A DNA stretch of 63,960 nt, the filler included, from Basidiobolus ranarum (taxonomy: Eukaryota): NCBI GenBank assembly GCA_040143965.1. It is 3 parts of 3 records of this genome, joined end to end, with 100 filler letters (N's around TTAATTAATTAA, not from the genome) between each part and the next. Parts side by side here need not be neighbours in the genome. Positions count along the whole stretch, not along the records: positions 1 to 22,728 come from JASJQH010007055.1; positions 22,829 to 45,527 come from JASJQH010007056.1; 1 more part is not named here. One strand, written 5' to 3'. Under the pieces are notes generated by a model. That model was not told where the DNA came from and did no database searches. It was given only the letters and a program-made list of their open reading frames with translations. Every line of letters starts with the position of its first letter. Position 1 is the first letter of the stretch. Below, in pieces: positions 10,943 through 24,009 of this stretch. A program made the position numbers and the translations under genes.

Positions 10943-11196
10943 GCTTGAAAGTTGAAACTGCAAGATATCTCCTTGCAGATTCCCTTGTTTGGATCGGCCT
11001 CCATCGAACACATAGAAATGCAATCTCACTGCATTCCAACATTGAACATGTTTCAACACTCAATCAGCTGATTCAATAGGGCTTTATTGGATTCAAAATA
11101 TGGGAAGATGAAATGCATTTGGGTCTGGTTTATCAATGCCGACAGAGATTTGTCCATAACAACAAAGAAGGTTTATCAATGCCAACAGAGATGTGC

Positions 11197-12784
11197 TCAT
11201 GTCAACAGAAATTTGTTATTTTCGTAGTAAGTCAGCATGGGATTCTCACCGGAGAGGGTCTCGGTCTGCTCCACATCTGCGTATCTCTCCAGAAACTCTT
11301 TCTGTGTTATGACCTTCACCGAGCTATCAGGGATATCAGAACGACAAACAAGCTCGTATATATCACTGAGTAATTCAAAGTTAGTGGGGAAGAAGATATC
11401 GAACCAACCAGGCTGGACCATGTAGGTTGAACAAGGAACCATCGTTCTTTGATATCTGGTTTGCACCACAGGAGCATCTACTCCTTCGACAGAGTCAGGG
11501 AGGGAGTAGAAGTCTCCAAGAATCAATCGATGATTGGGGAAATGCTGCCTGAGACTTTCCATTAGGACTAGGGCTTTGGTAGGGATGAATTCGGGTGTAG
11601 AAAGGTTCAATCCGAACGGCAAGTAGTTACGTAGTCGTCGAAGGAAAAGCTGCTTTAGAGCTGGCGATTTGTATGGAGTGAGTTTACGCAGTGCGAGGTA
11701 TCTTTGAATCAAGGGATCAGTGACGGGTTCAAAAGCCTCTTCGTACTCTCCTTCATCGTTGGTAACAACAACACCCTGGAGGGGCTGGCCAGTAGTGACA
11801 TCATATCTGATCAGATCATGAGCAAAATTGTCCTTGAGGTTAGGAAAGGTTAATACACTTTGCAAGGAGAGAGATGGAAAGAATAGAATACTAACGATGA
11901 CTTCCAGGCCGATAAAGAAGCAAGGGTCAGTAACAGGAGCGTCCCAATCGAAAATCGATCGATTGATGATTTGAACACAGTCGTGAACGTTTTGTGCATC
12001 TCGGACCTCTTGTCGCTCAGCCTGTCGCTGGGCCAATTTGGAACTAATTTCGATGATCTTATATTTGGTACGTTGGTATACCGAAGGTTCGTACTGTTGT
12101 ATGTAATCGAGAATGTTAAGCATAAGTGTACCATTACCAGCACCCATTTCATAAATGATCAAATCGTTATGAGGATAACTGTTGAGCTTATACTCGGTCA
12201 CTATATATTTGGCAATGGAATATCCGTACCAAGGCTTTCAAGTAGCAGTTCAAAAGTTAGATACAAAGAATATTCTTTCTCTCTCAGATAGTCAAGCTTA
12301 CCTTGAACAATTCAGTGGGTGTATGCCAAACTTGCCTAGCGATGTCATCGATTTCATTGTAATCCGTCTCTACCTCTCGATATTTTTTTCCAAGAATGTT
12401 CATAAACTCCAGGTTATCTTTCATGATTTTGAAATCAAATTCCTCTTCAGGAGAGAAAATCACCGCCTGTTTTGAAAAGTATCCGTAGTTGGGGTTATAC
12501 AGAGAGTCGTCGATAAAGTCGCGTACCAACATGGTAGTTCCCTTTGGAGGAGAGATTTCTTTAGATACGTCCATGCTATTGACTCGACGATAATGAGGCT
12601 TAATTGGTTCGTCGTCTTGGTTTGGAAACAATTTGGAAGCATATGACAGACTACGATTGAGTGGTAAGTGTCTATTTGAAGTGACTTGTTTCGCTCTTTG
12701 ACAGATAAGAGGGAAAATGGGCTTATGAGCCCTTAGGGACCCCCTATACCCAACTCTAGTTAACGTCGACAGTCGTTGAAACAT
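11197..12784 (-). CDS. Mitochondrial NDUFAF7/MidA-family SAM-dependent methyltransferase, 3 exons
   Basis: Basic presequence; MLVRDFIDDSLYNPNYGYF, WHTPTELFK|PWYG, IYEMGAGNGTL, DIFFPTNF. Confidence 0.88.
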
Positions 12785-13628
12785 ACCAAGTTACTAGGTC
12801 CACACAAAAACACCCCGTCTTTGGAATTGCAATTGATTGTGGAAATCTTTTTTCGAATCCAATCAAAATTTCAGCATAAATTAATTAATCATCGTATTAC
12901 CAGAAAACTACCGGACTGATGCAAAATTAGGGCCTTCTTCATTCAGCACAAGCCGCATGTTAATATATCATGATTAAAGCAATATAAAATAGTGAGCATA
13001 TATTGAATGTGCTGATTCGGGACACGACTATCAGAGGACCATAGACAAAGGGTAAGCGTGCTAGCTTAATGATTTCGCACTTAGTTAAATGTATATTTAG
13101 ATTAATTTATTAGCCCAGCAATTTCTATTTGGCTATATTAAACGAATCATCTAATTCTGAACAAATGATGTGAGATTTCTTATCCCAATTAAAGTATACA
13201 GCAAGGGCGTTAAGCTATGTCATCGATGAAGTGAATTTCCTCTCCTAACATCCGTTTCACTCTTTTCTCCGAAACGTTAAATTTCGGACATTTCAAATCC
13301 TACGGTAAGAGAAATCGGGCCTAATGAGGAATGAACAAACAGGGGGATTTGTGAATAAATGAGGATTTCGTTTATTCAAAGAGTGAAGAAATGAGCTGTC
13401 AAAGTATAACATGGGTGAGGGAGTTCTGTCCATATTATACCTAAAAGCTCACGTTTTGAATGGCTCTGCCAGATGGAAAATTTACAAAGAAATGTTAAAG
13501 TCATACTAATGGAGAAGGTGGTGAGCCACAAGATTATACTAAGATGCATATGTCGTGTTTTGAGGGTCAGGTTGTGGTTGGCGAACTTTTCATGTGTGAA
13601 ATAAATACAATATGGGCTTGGGTGAACT

Positions 13629-14301
13629 TTAATGACTAGAAGAGCTGGAGGGCGCTAAATCAGAGTTGTGGGATGCTGTGGGTAGTGATGAGCTTTCTGT
13701 GGTTCTTTTCAATTCAACATCTCGTGGTAGGTATGTGAACGGAGCATGGGAGCGAATTCGCATGGAGCGAGCTACTCGAGGTCTATAGCAACGATCGCAA
13801 TTGATTTCGGAATTCTTGCTTGTCCATAGCCGTGGGGAACCGCTGCTCAACAAAAGCTCAGATGCTAGCCTTCTCCTTTTTTCTTCACTCCAGTTTGCTG
13901 TGATCAACTGGAATAGGGTTCTACAGCGATTCTCTGGCCAACCAGTAGCTATCCACTGCATAACGCTGGCCAACTGCCGAAGCTCGAACTCAGCATCCAT
14001 GGATCTAAGCCTAAGAGCAATACAGTGGACATTACGGTCGTTGCGAATCCATTCATGAAAGTTGGTGTTAAACAATGAATCCATAGCACGGATGTTGGCT
14101 TCAATGTTCCCTTGATATGTAGAGGCTAGGTGAAGATTCAGTTAGAAAAAGAACAAACGCGTGGAGTAAACTCAAGTTCCTACCTATGATGTTGATGAAT
14201 GAGGAGGATGTTTTGTGCTTCCTTGTTGACTTGGCACAATTGTTTGGAATAATATCGTTCTCGCTATTTGGTAACGATATCGTAGAGGGTGCGGAATACA
14301 T
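13629..14301 (-). CDS. Hypothetical protein, 2 exons (14301-14184, 14125-13629)
   Basis: A 58-nt GT..CTAAC..AG intron (14126-14183) joins MYSAPST..FINII in frame to ASTYQGNIEANIRAMDSLFN... Confidence 0.65.
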
Positions 14302-16515
14302 TATCAAAGAGCAAAGAAAAAGCAGAAAGAGAAAATAATAAGCATCTCGAGTAGCGGGATCGGTTCTATTTAAATAGAGTTGCAGTGAAGGGGAATTTCG
14401 GAATGATTTCAAACAATGCCGGAATATTTCAATATAAAGTTAATGTCCAAATCAAAAATGAATTACTGTTGAAACGAACCGTTGAGGCAATAGACTATAG
14501 GCCATAGACAATAATCTAACTATTAGAGGATTGGCTATTTTCCTTCATCCAGAATGGCAAGCGAAGCCTTTCTCATTTAATCCGCTGGTTTTTTCAAGTT
14601 TCCAATGGATCTAAACAAACAGCAATACCAGTAATACCAGCAGTACACAATTGCAATCATCTGAACATAAAATGAAACACAAAAAAGGAATCCGTTGTTG
14701 GAATGGATACATTGAGTCGCATTCCATTGCCCATTTATCTATTTATCCATTATAGGAAATCCGTAAGCTATTTTGGTCCGACGTGCCACCCAAATAAAGA
14801 GACTGACGACGATTGTAGGTGGAGGTGGAGATGTATTGTGCTGATGTGTGTTGAGTGATCACCTAGTCTGCTCCATTTGTCTCTCTTACCGCCAGGAGGA
14901 AAGGCGCACTTGAATCCACGGAGATAGGGAATATTGGCTAGATCGTGTTTGCTCTGGCTCCGACAGAAATCCCGCACCGCACGTATTTACCATCGCCATT
15001 GAGACACATAATCCTTATTGCTCTTGCTATGGAGACACATAAGCAGATGCAAGAACGCATAACAAAGTCGCATTCCCGAACTTTCACTCTAACACCAACA
15101 TTTCGGGATCATTCTTGGATGTAAGATTGGAGTATGTCCACACGGTCATTTCAATTGAAATCGACGCATTGAGGTTGCAGCCGGTGGTTTTTTGTTTAGT
15201 ATTCGATGGTATTTTGGTGGGATATCATCGATCTTGATGAGGCGACAATATCATCGCTCATTTAAATGGAAACCTCCGTATCCAAGATACAATAAACTGC
15301 TATGTGTTTCTAAGCTACCATTATCCGGTCTGTTTGTTTATTCTTGTTCGTATTTAGATGGACCACGCATTGTTTTCCTCCCTTGTGTTTCTATTAACAC
15401 TTCAATGATCTCGCATTATCTGAGCGAGTGATCCGTGACATGGATACTTCGGATACGCTGACTTGGTCTGACGGCTGTAATGGTACGCTACACGTGTTAT
15501 GCTTCTTATAGGAGCCCCAGTGGATGATACAAAAGGCTATCTATGCATTATATCCCAACCTTTATGGAAAAAGAATGTCGTAGCGCTGATGCTTTGGGTT
15601 GGAGCTGCTAACGTGCTCTAATGCTACCAGAAACTAATTAATCCTGTTCAGGATCATCGCATATTCTAATATGAGAATTGCCAAGAAAGTGATGATTCAA
15701 CCTGAACAGACTTTATATACGTACTTTCATGTATGCAAGTGGTCTGTCTTCCATTGAGGAGTGCGAATATGACGATGACGGTAAGTGTATGGGTTGACAA
15801 ATTTAGGTAAGTCTTGTTGACCATCACTGGTTATGCAGAGCTAATGTGGTAAATGGGGTACATATAGATATCTCGGGAGCTTACTAGGGATAATTTGCAA
15901 GTATGCTGCGAGAGTCCGTTTTGGAACCTCCGCTAGCCAGTTTTCTTAGTCAAGTATATAGATACACTTGACATTGCTTTCGAATGTACGAACGCGAATA
16001 AAGTGTCATCGCTCCTTGTTTTCCGAGTGCACAAATCCCAAATATTAAGAGAGTGCATACATGCATATATTCATGGTTGATGGACATTTATTGAAATTAC
16101 TGTCTTAGATATCTGTATTAACCCCGTAGTAGTGAGACATTCTAGTGATTAATCTAAGGAGCTTCCCCAAATCGAACAATACGAAGCAAAGGTATAACAA
16201 ATAGAACTGTTCCTTTAGAACGATATTTTTGGAAACACATCTAACAGGTTTCAATCAACTAATTACCTGATACCGTTCCATGAAACATCGATGGTTGTTC
16301 ATTTCGAAACACCGCAGTATGCATGTTTCATGAACTGAAGAAGTTAATTCTTCTCATGCTGTGGACACTCGAACTGATTGAAAATGAAGGCCTCCAACCG
16401 GATTTCTTCGGTGCATTCCTCCCATCAATACCGATAGTAGCACTGGTACTGGAACGGGAAGGAATTAATCTAAACAAAATATGGTCAGAGGTTGCAATAA
16501 TTGTACATGTAATAA

Positions 16516-16602
16516 TCGTACATGCCAAACACAGAGTATAGTCATATTGGCCGCTTATTCGTACATGCCAAACACAGAGTATAGTCATATCGGCCGCCTT
16601 AT
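16516..16602. repeat. 43/44-bp tandem duplication upstream of the peroxiredoxin gene
   Basis: TCGTACATGCCAAACACAGAGTATAGTCATAT(T/C)GGCCGC(C)TTAT x2. Confidence 0.85.
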
Positions 16603-17024
16603 TCGGAGCTCAGAGCGTCAACAGGACTGAAGAAGTGACTTAAATCCGACTTTTCATTGTAGTCAACTCCTCCATAGCAGGCTCAACCGTTGATCTATGA
16701 GATTTAGATTCATGTAGTAAATGCTTTGGATATATTTCCTTACTGAGCTTAACAAAGTGGATGCTTATATAAATAAACGTGATCGTGACGACATCGCAGA
16801 TTAGATTTATCGAGCGTAGTTGATAAGATGGGACCATACTATTATCAAGCTCCATCAATCTCGACTCATTCCGATCAATTCAGGCTGCTTACGTTGCCAA
16901 ATCGTAAATTTCGAGTAAATTCCGAGATTTGAGAAAGAAACCAGGGCCATTTAAGCGAACATATAAAAGCGGTCTTCACGCGAAACCTTTCTAGTTCAGT
17001 TATCCTCTTGATATCATTAAAATC

Positions 17025-17794
17025 ATGGTTTGTGTTTCATTTCTTTCGGTCAGAGTTGCTCATGATCTTAATATCTGTATATACAGTCTGTAGAAGTAGG
17101 CACCGTTGTTCCCAATGTTACTCTCAAGTACTGCGTCTACGAAGCTGACGCTGCACCCAACGCCTGTGGCATTCCCCAACCTCTCAATACCCACTCTGCC
17201 TTTAAGGGAAAGAAGGTAGTGTTGTTTGCAGTTCCTGGTGCTTTCACCCCAACCTGCAGCAACACACATCTTCCTGATTTCTTGAGCAAGTACGAAGAGC
17301 TCAAGTCTAAGGGAGTCGATTTGATTGTCTGCCTGGCTGCCAAGTAAGAATTTTCATTCATATGCGAGCTTGGACTTTGTACTAATCATAATGGTTCGTC
17401 TTATAGTGACGCATTGTAAGAAATCAAACAGATACTAGATTTGCCAATTGATTTTCTAACATTATCACCCATCCTTCTTGTCTAGTGTTATGAATGCCTG
17501 GGGAAAGAGCCAAAATGTTCAGGATAAGATCGTAAGTATGGATGAGTTCTCTTTCGATTAGTTGCGTCTATTAACTGGCGATATTCCTCTTCAATACAGT
17601 TGATGGTCAGTGACGGTAACTTGGAGTTCACACAGCCACTTGGCCTGACCCAAGATAGCAGAAAATTCACTATGGGTGAAAGAACCAAACGCTTTGCTTT
17701 GATCATTGATGATCTCAAAGTGACTTATGTGGGTGTTGAGTCTGAGCCCGGTGTTGGCCCTAGCGGAGTTGAGGCAATCCTTGCAGAATTATAG
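17025..17794 (+). CDS. AHP1: Peroxiredoxin-5 / Ahp1 / Asp f3-type redoxin, 5 exons (17025-17027, 17087-17343, 17407-17415, 17486-17531, 17600-17794)
   Basis: KKVVLFAVPGAFTPTCSNTHLP, N-terminal ACGIP cysteine, N-DAF-VMNAWGK across a microexon, RTKRFALIIDD. Confidence 0.93.
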
Positions 17795-18011
17795 ATTGTT
17801 ATAGATTGTTCATTTATCCATGTCTAAAGCAAAATTTTGAATAAAATTAAGGGCATTCGTATTCAATTTACCAATATTTGTCACTCTGCATCAACATTTC
17901 TAGATGATCATTTAATCTGAACCTGATTCAAGATTTCCATTTCCCGAAGAACAAAATCATTTTACATACGCACTCCACCAGACGACTTGGTGGACAGCAC
18001 AAACAGGCCTC

Positions 18012-19322
18012 ATGCTAATAGTCATTCTTTATCTGTACTTGGCTCTGTTCACGTGTCATTTGTTGGAATTCTGGAGTATCCCTATTCTAAAATCCTCTTT
18101 CTTTGCCATTCTTTATGGAATCTTTCTACCTTTGATTCTTCTACATTTATCTCCCAAAGGGTTCTACTTAGCATGCAATCTATTGGGGGTTTCCAGCAGC
18201 TCCACTGCAAAATTAGGCTTTAAAGTACCCAAGGAGACTACTATTTACGGCTTGGAACAAGGAGTGTTAAATCTGGTTAGGCCAAATTTGTGGATGAATA
18301 TGGGCTACTGGAAGGTTGGTAGAGATAATGTCGTGTCTATGCATTTGCCCACGAATAGGGATAACTTTTAGAATGATAGAATACTCAGGATTTCCAAGTT
18401 GCTTGTAAAGCACTTGTCAGTATGGTAGCAGAAACCGCCCATTTTAAGAGTGGAGATACAATTCTAGGTAAAGATAATATACAGCGGTTGAGCTTTTTCC
18501 TAGTTCCAAAATAACCGAATTCAACTTAGACGTAGGATATGGGTGCGGCGATCAAGATATCTATCTTCAAGGTAAGTTGAGTAAACATGATTAAGTGGAA
18601 TTATTGGAGCAAGTGGAATTAAACTATTTCATGGTAGAGGAATACAAACTCTCAAAGATAGTTGGCTTCACGTTGGAACCAGTACAACAGGTAGTAGCCA
18701 AGCAGAAAGTTTCTGAATTAAAGCTAGACGAAACTATACAACTAGAGCTAGGCGATGCCGCGCAGATATCCACTCTACTGGCGTCCAAGGGACTTCCAAC
18801 CACTTACGATCGCGTTATTTCTATAGATAGTGTAAGTCATTGGATTCATTGCTTGCTTGCTCATCAGTGTCTAAAGCGCATTTTCGCACCCTCAAAACAC
18901 CATAGGCCTACCATTACAATACACGTGCATCTTTCTTGCAGCAATCTTTTGACCATTTGAGAAGCGGGGGTAGCATCGGTTTAGCTGATATTATATTGGC
19001 TCGTAAGCCTCACACCTGGCTGGGTCAAACTGTATTGAAGCTAATTTGCTCAGCTAGTGAGATACCGTATGAGAACATGGTCAGCGAAGTTGAATATCGA
19101 GAGATGCTCGAACGTCTCGGATATACGGAAATCACTTTGGTTCCCATAGACGAAGACGTGTTTCCAAGGTTGGCTGACTTTATTGACAGACAAGAACACA
19201 TCTTCGATGGTCTTGTGGCTTCTACCATCTGGATGAAGCTCAGTGTGATGAAGCACTTGCTGCGTTTCGTATACCACAAACATTGGCTTCATTTCGTGAT
19301 AGTGTCAGGGAAGAAAGTGTAG
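18012..19322 (+). CDS. Class I SAM-dependent methyltransferase with hydrophobic N-terminus, 5 exons
   Basis: LWMNMGYWK, ILDVGYGCGDQ, YDRVISIDSAYHYNTR, LRSGGSIGLADI. Confidence 0.85.
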
Positions 19323-19565
19323 GTTCTGTTTATTGAGATTCGCAATAAATTGATTGGCTAACAAATGAAGTAAAAGGGCATGATTGTTGGTATGACTGTA
19401 ATGTATAGATGGGGCTTAGAGAGGGGTGCAGTACAGGGAGAATATGAAAGGCTAAAGAAAGTGTGGAATGAATTCCAACAAATTATTTCCCCATCATTTA
19501 TTATTGCTGAGTGTTTGTGAAGAAAACTAGGAACATTTTTGTTTCACCAAAATATATACTTGGAT

Positions 19566-20579
19566 TTACAAATCGGCCCGAACTCCGAAACCAGGTCCGT
19601 AGGGTTCAGTGGTGAGGGTAGTTAATCCTGGGGCAGGTTCGCAGTTTTGACGAGAAGATTGGGGTCCAGCCTTGGGACTCTGACCCGCCTTCAAGGCATC
19701 AAGAACCTTAATAGTGGTTTCAGGAGTAAGATCCTCCTATAAAGTAATGGTTTAGCTTGGGTTGGCAAAACATTGAACTAGAAGTAATTCTTACAAAATA
19801 ATCATCGTTGACAGCCAAAACTGGGGCGTTAACACAGGCACCGGCGCATTCTACTTCTACCAATGTGAATTTACCATCCTTGGTAGTTTCACCAACTTTG
19901 ATACCAAGATGCTTTTGAACGGTGTTCAAAATCTCGGTAGACCCACATAACTCACAAGGAGTAGTGGTGCATACCTGAAGGAAGTATTTGCCAACAGGAT
20001 CACTGATGATAGATGATAGAAAAATAAAATTAATATTCATTGGAAATCCAAATAGCTTCTGTAATAAGGACATACCGGTTGAACATGGTATAGAAAGTGG
20101 CGACTTCGTATACACGCATAGGAGGCACTTCCAAGATACGAGCAACTTCATTCATAGCAGAGAGACTGGTCCATCCCAATTGCTTTTGTGCAAGATGAAG
20201 TAAAGGAATGGTAGCTCCTTTCTTATATTGAACTGGGTACTTGGCTATGATCTCATCGACAACCTTCTGATTCTCCTTTGAAAATTCGAATTTACTATTG
20301 AGATTGTTTACCGAAGTGTCACGGTGCTTCAAGGAAAAACAATGTGAGAAAGTTGAACTAGCATCAGCAATCATTAAGAAAAATAATCAAAGAAAAACAA
20401 AGGGCAGTGGGTGGTCAACTCAATGGAGAATATCATATTCAGAAGTCAATGTATGAAGTGGTTCTGCTTCTTACCACAAAAAGTTTGTCGGAAAGAGTGG
20501 CGGAGGTGGTGGTGATCTTTCTCTTGGAAATGGCAGAGAAGGTAGTAAGAGTAGGACGAAGAATTCTAGTGGAGAACAT
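19566..20579 (-). CDS. NDUFV2: Complex I 24-kDa Fe-S subunit, 4 exons
   Basis: [46 protein letters not shown]; ends GFGVRADL*. Confidence 0.96.
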
Positions 20580-21026
20580 TCTGGAGATGTTTAATAAAAA
20601 CTGAACGAGTTATGCTGTTGTTAGGGAAATGTATTAAGGAGCTCCAAAGGGTTCACCCAGCGCGCTAGTCAATTAACAAGACTTTATGAATAAGGCCTCG
20701 CAAAGTAATACATTCAATTTTGGTTCGCCCCTTCCCGCTCGATTTTTTAAAGTCTGGGGTAGTGAATTAAATGTGGGGTTAGATGGTTCGAAATTTTTCT
20801 GATGTTCTTATTCGATTTTTTGTTCATTTGTTGTCTATTCAGTGGACATTAATTGGGGGTTTGTCTGGGTGATTTCTGTGATTTCGGAAATCAAACATTG
20901 GTGCTCCACTATTTAGTGGTGCTTTTAATCATGCCAATAAATAAACCATCAATCATTACTGGATATGTTGGGGAATAGTTGTATATCTTCTTCCGCAGGG
21001 AGATATTAGAGACCGATCTATAGAAT

Positions 21027-21597
21027 TGTTAATGACTCTACTTCTTCAGAGAGACCTTCTGTATTTTATCAGCAAAGTGTATGAAACACTATATTATAAA
21101 GTGCCAGTAAATTTGTAGAAACTGCCAAATGTAATGGAGTTATGCATATTTGTCTATGTCATTTACTATTGCCACAGTTAACTTAATGCAGATGGGACTC
21201 TGCCACCATATTCTGTATTATATAACAGCTACTAGAAAGTCTGAAGTTTAAACTTTTCCCAACATCTCTGAGGTAGTCCTTAATCATATTGCCAATTATG
21301 TTGAATTATCTTATACTGAACTATGCTATTACCCATTACTCTCAATTGGAATTTACTTAGAATATTAACACCAACTTGGAAGTTCTCAGATATATAGATT
21401 TTTCAAACTGGTGCTAGAAGCCCCAAACATTGCACACATGTTCCTGGGACCTTCCTTAACACATTCTACATGCTAATTTGTTTACATCTTGACAAAACTA
21501 TAAATGTCAACTGAATACTCAATATATCAACAAGTGAAAACCACCAATTTCTCTAATTCTCCAAACCACTTCCAACAAGCTCCCAAATACCTTAACA
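21027..21597 (+). mobile_element. Candidate solo LTR
   Basis: TGTTAA...TTAACA inverted termini, CpG-poor; flanks (AGAAT / AATTT) do not form a target-site duplication. Confidence 0.45.
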
Positions 21598-21600
21598 AAT

Positions 21601-22531
21601 TTAACTTATAATTCTTGCCATTTCCATTATAGTCCTGTTAGCTCTTTCAGCAACTCCATTTGGTTGAGATGAATAAGGGGCAGTAGTTTCTTGCTTTATT
21701 CCATGAACTTTGCAAAAGTGCTTAAATAGTGTTGAAGTACATTCTCCACCATTATCAGTATGTATTTTCTTGATTTTAGTTCCAGTTTCAGTCTCTACAA
21801 GTGCTTTAAAATCTCTAAGAATAGAGAGAGCTTCTTCTTTTCTTTCCATAAAGTAGACCTAAGTGTATCTTGAATAATCATCAAGAAATATAACTAAATA
21901 TCTATTTCTGCCTAAATATGAGTTTTGCATTGGTCCTCACAAATCTGAATGAATAAGATCCAATTTTTTGATAGATTTGATTAAACCAGAGTTCTTGAAC
22001 AGTTGCCTGGCTTGTTTTCCATATATACAACCCTCACAAATTTATATTTTGGTTGGGGGGTTAAATTGAATTCCAAAAATTAGGCAATTTTTAATTCAAT
22101 TTGTTCAAATAACCAAATCCAATATGGGCAAATCTCTTATGCCATAATTGAGCAGTTTCTTGACCGGAATAACTTTTTTTTACACATAAGCCTCTTGGAT
22201 TATAGGTAAGTTTGTGTAAGTTCAGATCCTTTTCTCCCAAAGCCAAATAATTCCCATTTTGATCAGTAATGGTGCATCCTGACTTTTCAAAATTGAATTT
22301 TAGCCCTTCTGAGGTGGCCTTGCACACAGATATTAAATTCTTGGCAATAACTGGAACATGTAGTACATTCTTAAAAGTATACACTTCAGAAGCCCCAATT
22401 GAATTGACTTAAATTGTTCCCATTCCTATAGCATTCAATGTGCAGTCATCTCCCTTGAAACCTTTCTAATTAGGATTACTTAACAATTCACAAACCAATA
22501 TTTTTCATTTGTGAAATGTTGGAAGGCTCTG
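21601..22531 (-). mobile_element. Decayed Ty1/copia fragment (protease, GAG-pre-integrase, integrase core)
   Basis: VDSRAFQHFT (degenerate DSGAS), NVLHVPVIAKNLISV, LWHKRFAHIG, HTDNGGE, PYSSQPNGVAERANRTIME; stops and frameshifts. Confidence 0.9.
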
Positions 22532-22728
22532 GAATCAACATGCTATGTCTGAGAATCCTAGGCTCTGCTGTCCCACTTACTAAATTCCTCACACCATTAC
22601 AAAGATCTGCATTTCCAGAGTCAGATAAACTGGTAAAAAAGCTTAATTTCACCATGGAACCAGGTACACCAGTTGGAAGAGTGCTAAATTTGGAAGCTTA
22701 TCCACCACCTGGCACCTCTCAGCCAGCC

Positions 22729-22828
22729 NNNNNNNNNNNNNNNNNNNNNNNNNNNNNNNNNNNNNNNNNNNNTTAATTAATTAANNNNNNNNNNNNNNNN
22801 NNNNNNNNNNNNNNNNNNNNNNNNNNNN
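22729..22828. other. Assembly gap (100 nt N pad containing a TTAATTAATTAA spacer)
   Basis: N-run with a central all-frame stop linker; same layout at 45528-45627. Confidence 0.97.
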
Positions 22829-22851
22829 GCCATCACTAAAGAAGGGGATAC

Positions 22852-23391
22852 TGTCATGATTCTGATCTTGGCATACTAATCCACTACAAATAGAACTTCT
22901 CTATTATTAGATTATGACATCATATCTGCTATGCCTTCCCTTCTTGGCAATCTTGTGTAGATTCATCCAGATTACCTTATATGGAAGTCATTTCTTTGGA
23001 ACATTCCATGAAACCTAACCAATCATGTTATCCCACACATAGTGGTTTTCTGCCAAGACCTTCCATGGAAAGTCACCTCATCATCCTTATATCATCCTTA
23101 CATCATCCCTCTTTGTATTGGTTGTTGTAGTCCCCAACACCCCAACTCTTGAACTTGCCACAGTATATTCCCTATTAAGTATGTTATTTTTCAGCTTGCA
23201 ATATCTATATAAACCCTATGTATTCCTTGATCAGACCGAGGTCTGATCAACACCAGTTATCAATTAAAATTCTTGCCAACGTATCTTCCTTGTCCAGTCT
23301 TGTCTTGTCTTGTGGTCTACACCCAAGCACTCTCCTGCCTTCTAGTCTCCTGTTGTTGTTCCCAGTCCTTTTCCAGTTCCTTATTGTGACA
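22852..23391 (+). mobile_element. 3' LTR of a probable Ty3/gypsy element, preceded by a polypurine tract
   Basis: PPT AAAGAAGGGGA just upstream; termini TGTCATGAT...ATTGTGACA; internal TATATAAA near 23207. The element body presumably lies in the gap. Confidence 0.7.
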
Positions 23392-24009
23392 GCTAAAGGG
23401 GATGAGCTGGAGCCAGAGCTTCCCATTAGGCACTATGCACATACTATTCAGCAACATTCCAATACTACTTACTCAGCTATATAGTTGAAGATACAATATG
23501 AATGAGCCATTACACAGTATTATTGTTTTAGAAATGGGATAATCTATTCAAGCAGTGACACATTTACTTGTGGCAGGACATTTGTGGACTGCAAGTTGGG
23601 GATATATTGGCTGAATTCTTGGCAGAAATTTGCCAAAATCCAAGAGCTTATTTTTGTTGTGAATGGTAACAAGAGTCAGTTATTTGCCAAGTGCAGTGCT
23701 ATGCAAAATTTCAAATATTTAGCAATTTTTCCACCATTAGTTTGCTGGTCAAGCATATTGATGTTGTTGAGTTATATCTGATTAGTCAAGTATGTGCATA
23801 TGTAGAGACTAAACACAACAAGATTCTTGTATATTTTTAATCTCATTATGGCTGGAATACAAAGCCTAAAATATCTAAATAAAGGCATGCATATTAATTC
23901 AAATTCCTACAGCAGTAAACCGAGTAAGTTGCAATTCAAAAATTATTTATTTCACAAAAATTGCCAGAAATTAATAATGCATGCCAAATATGAGGATCAA
24001 TATTTTAAC

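Noticed and set aside
15472-15484. GGCTGTAATGGT, similar to the 5' end of yeast-type SRP RNA
   Set aside because: No helix-8 motif (CAGG..GNRA..AGCA) found downstream
17254-17256. Possible selenocysteine in the peroxiredoxin active site
   Set aside because: The codon is TGC (Cys); the TGA at the start of the microexon is out of frame
20931-21026. MPINKPSII...RPIYRI, faintly like a Hir1 N-terminus, just left of the LTR
   Set aside because: Needs a roughly 32-nt intron and still meets a stop; similarity too weak to support
22773-22784. TTAATTAATTAA palindrome inside the N-runs (also near 45572)
   Set aside because: Scaffolding spacer with stops in all frames, not biological
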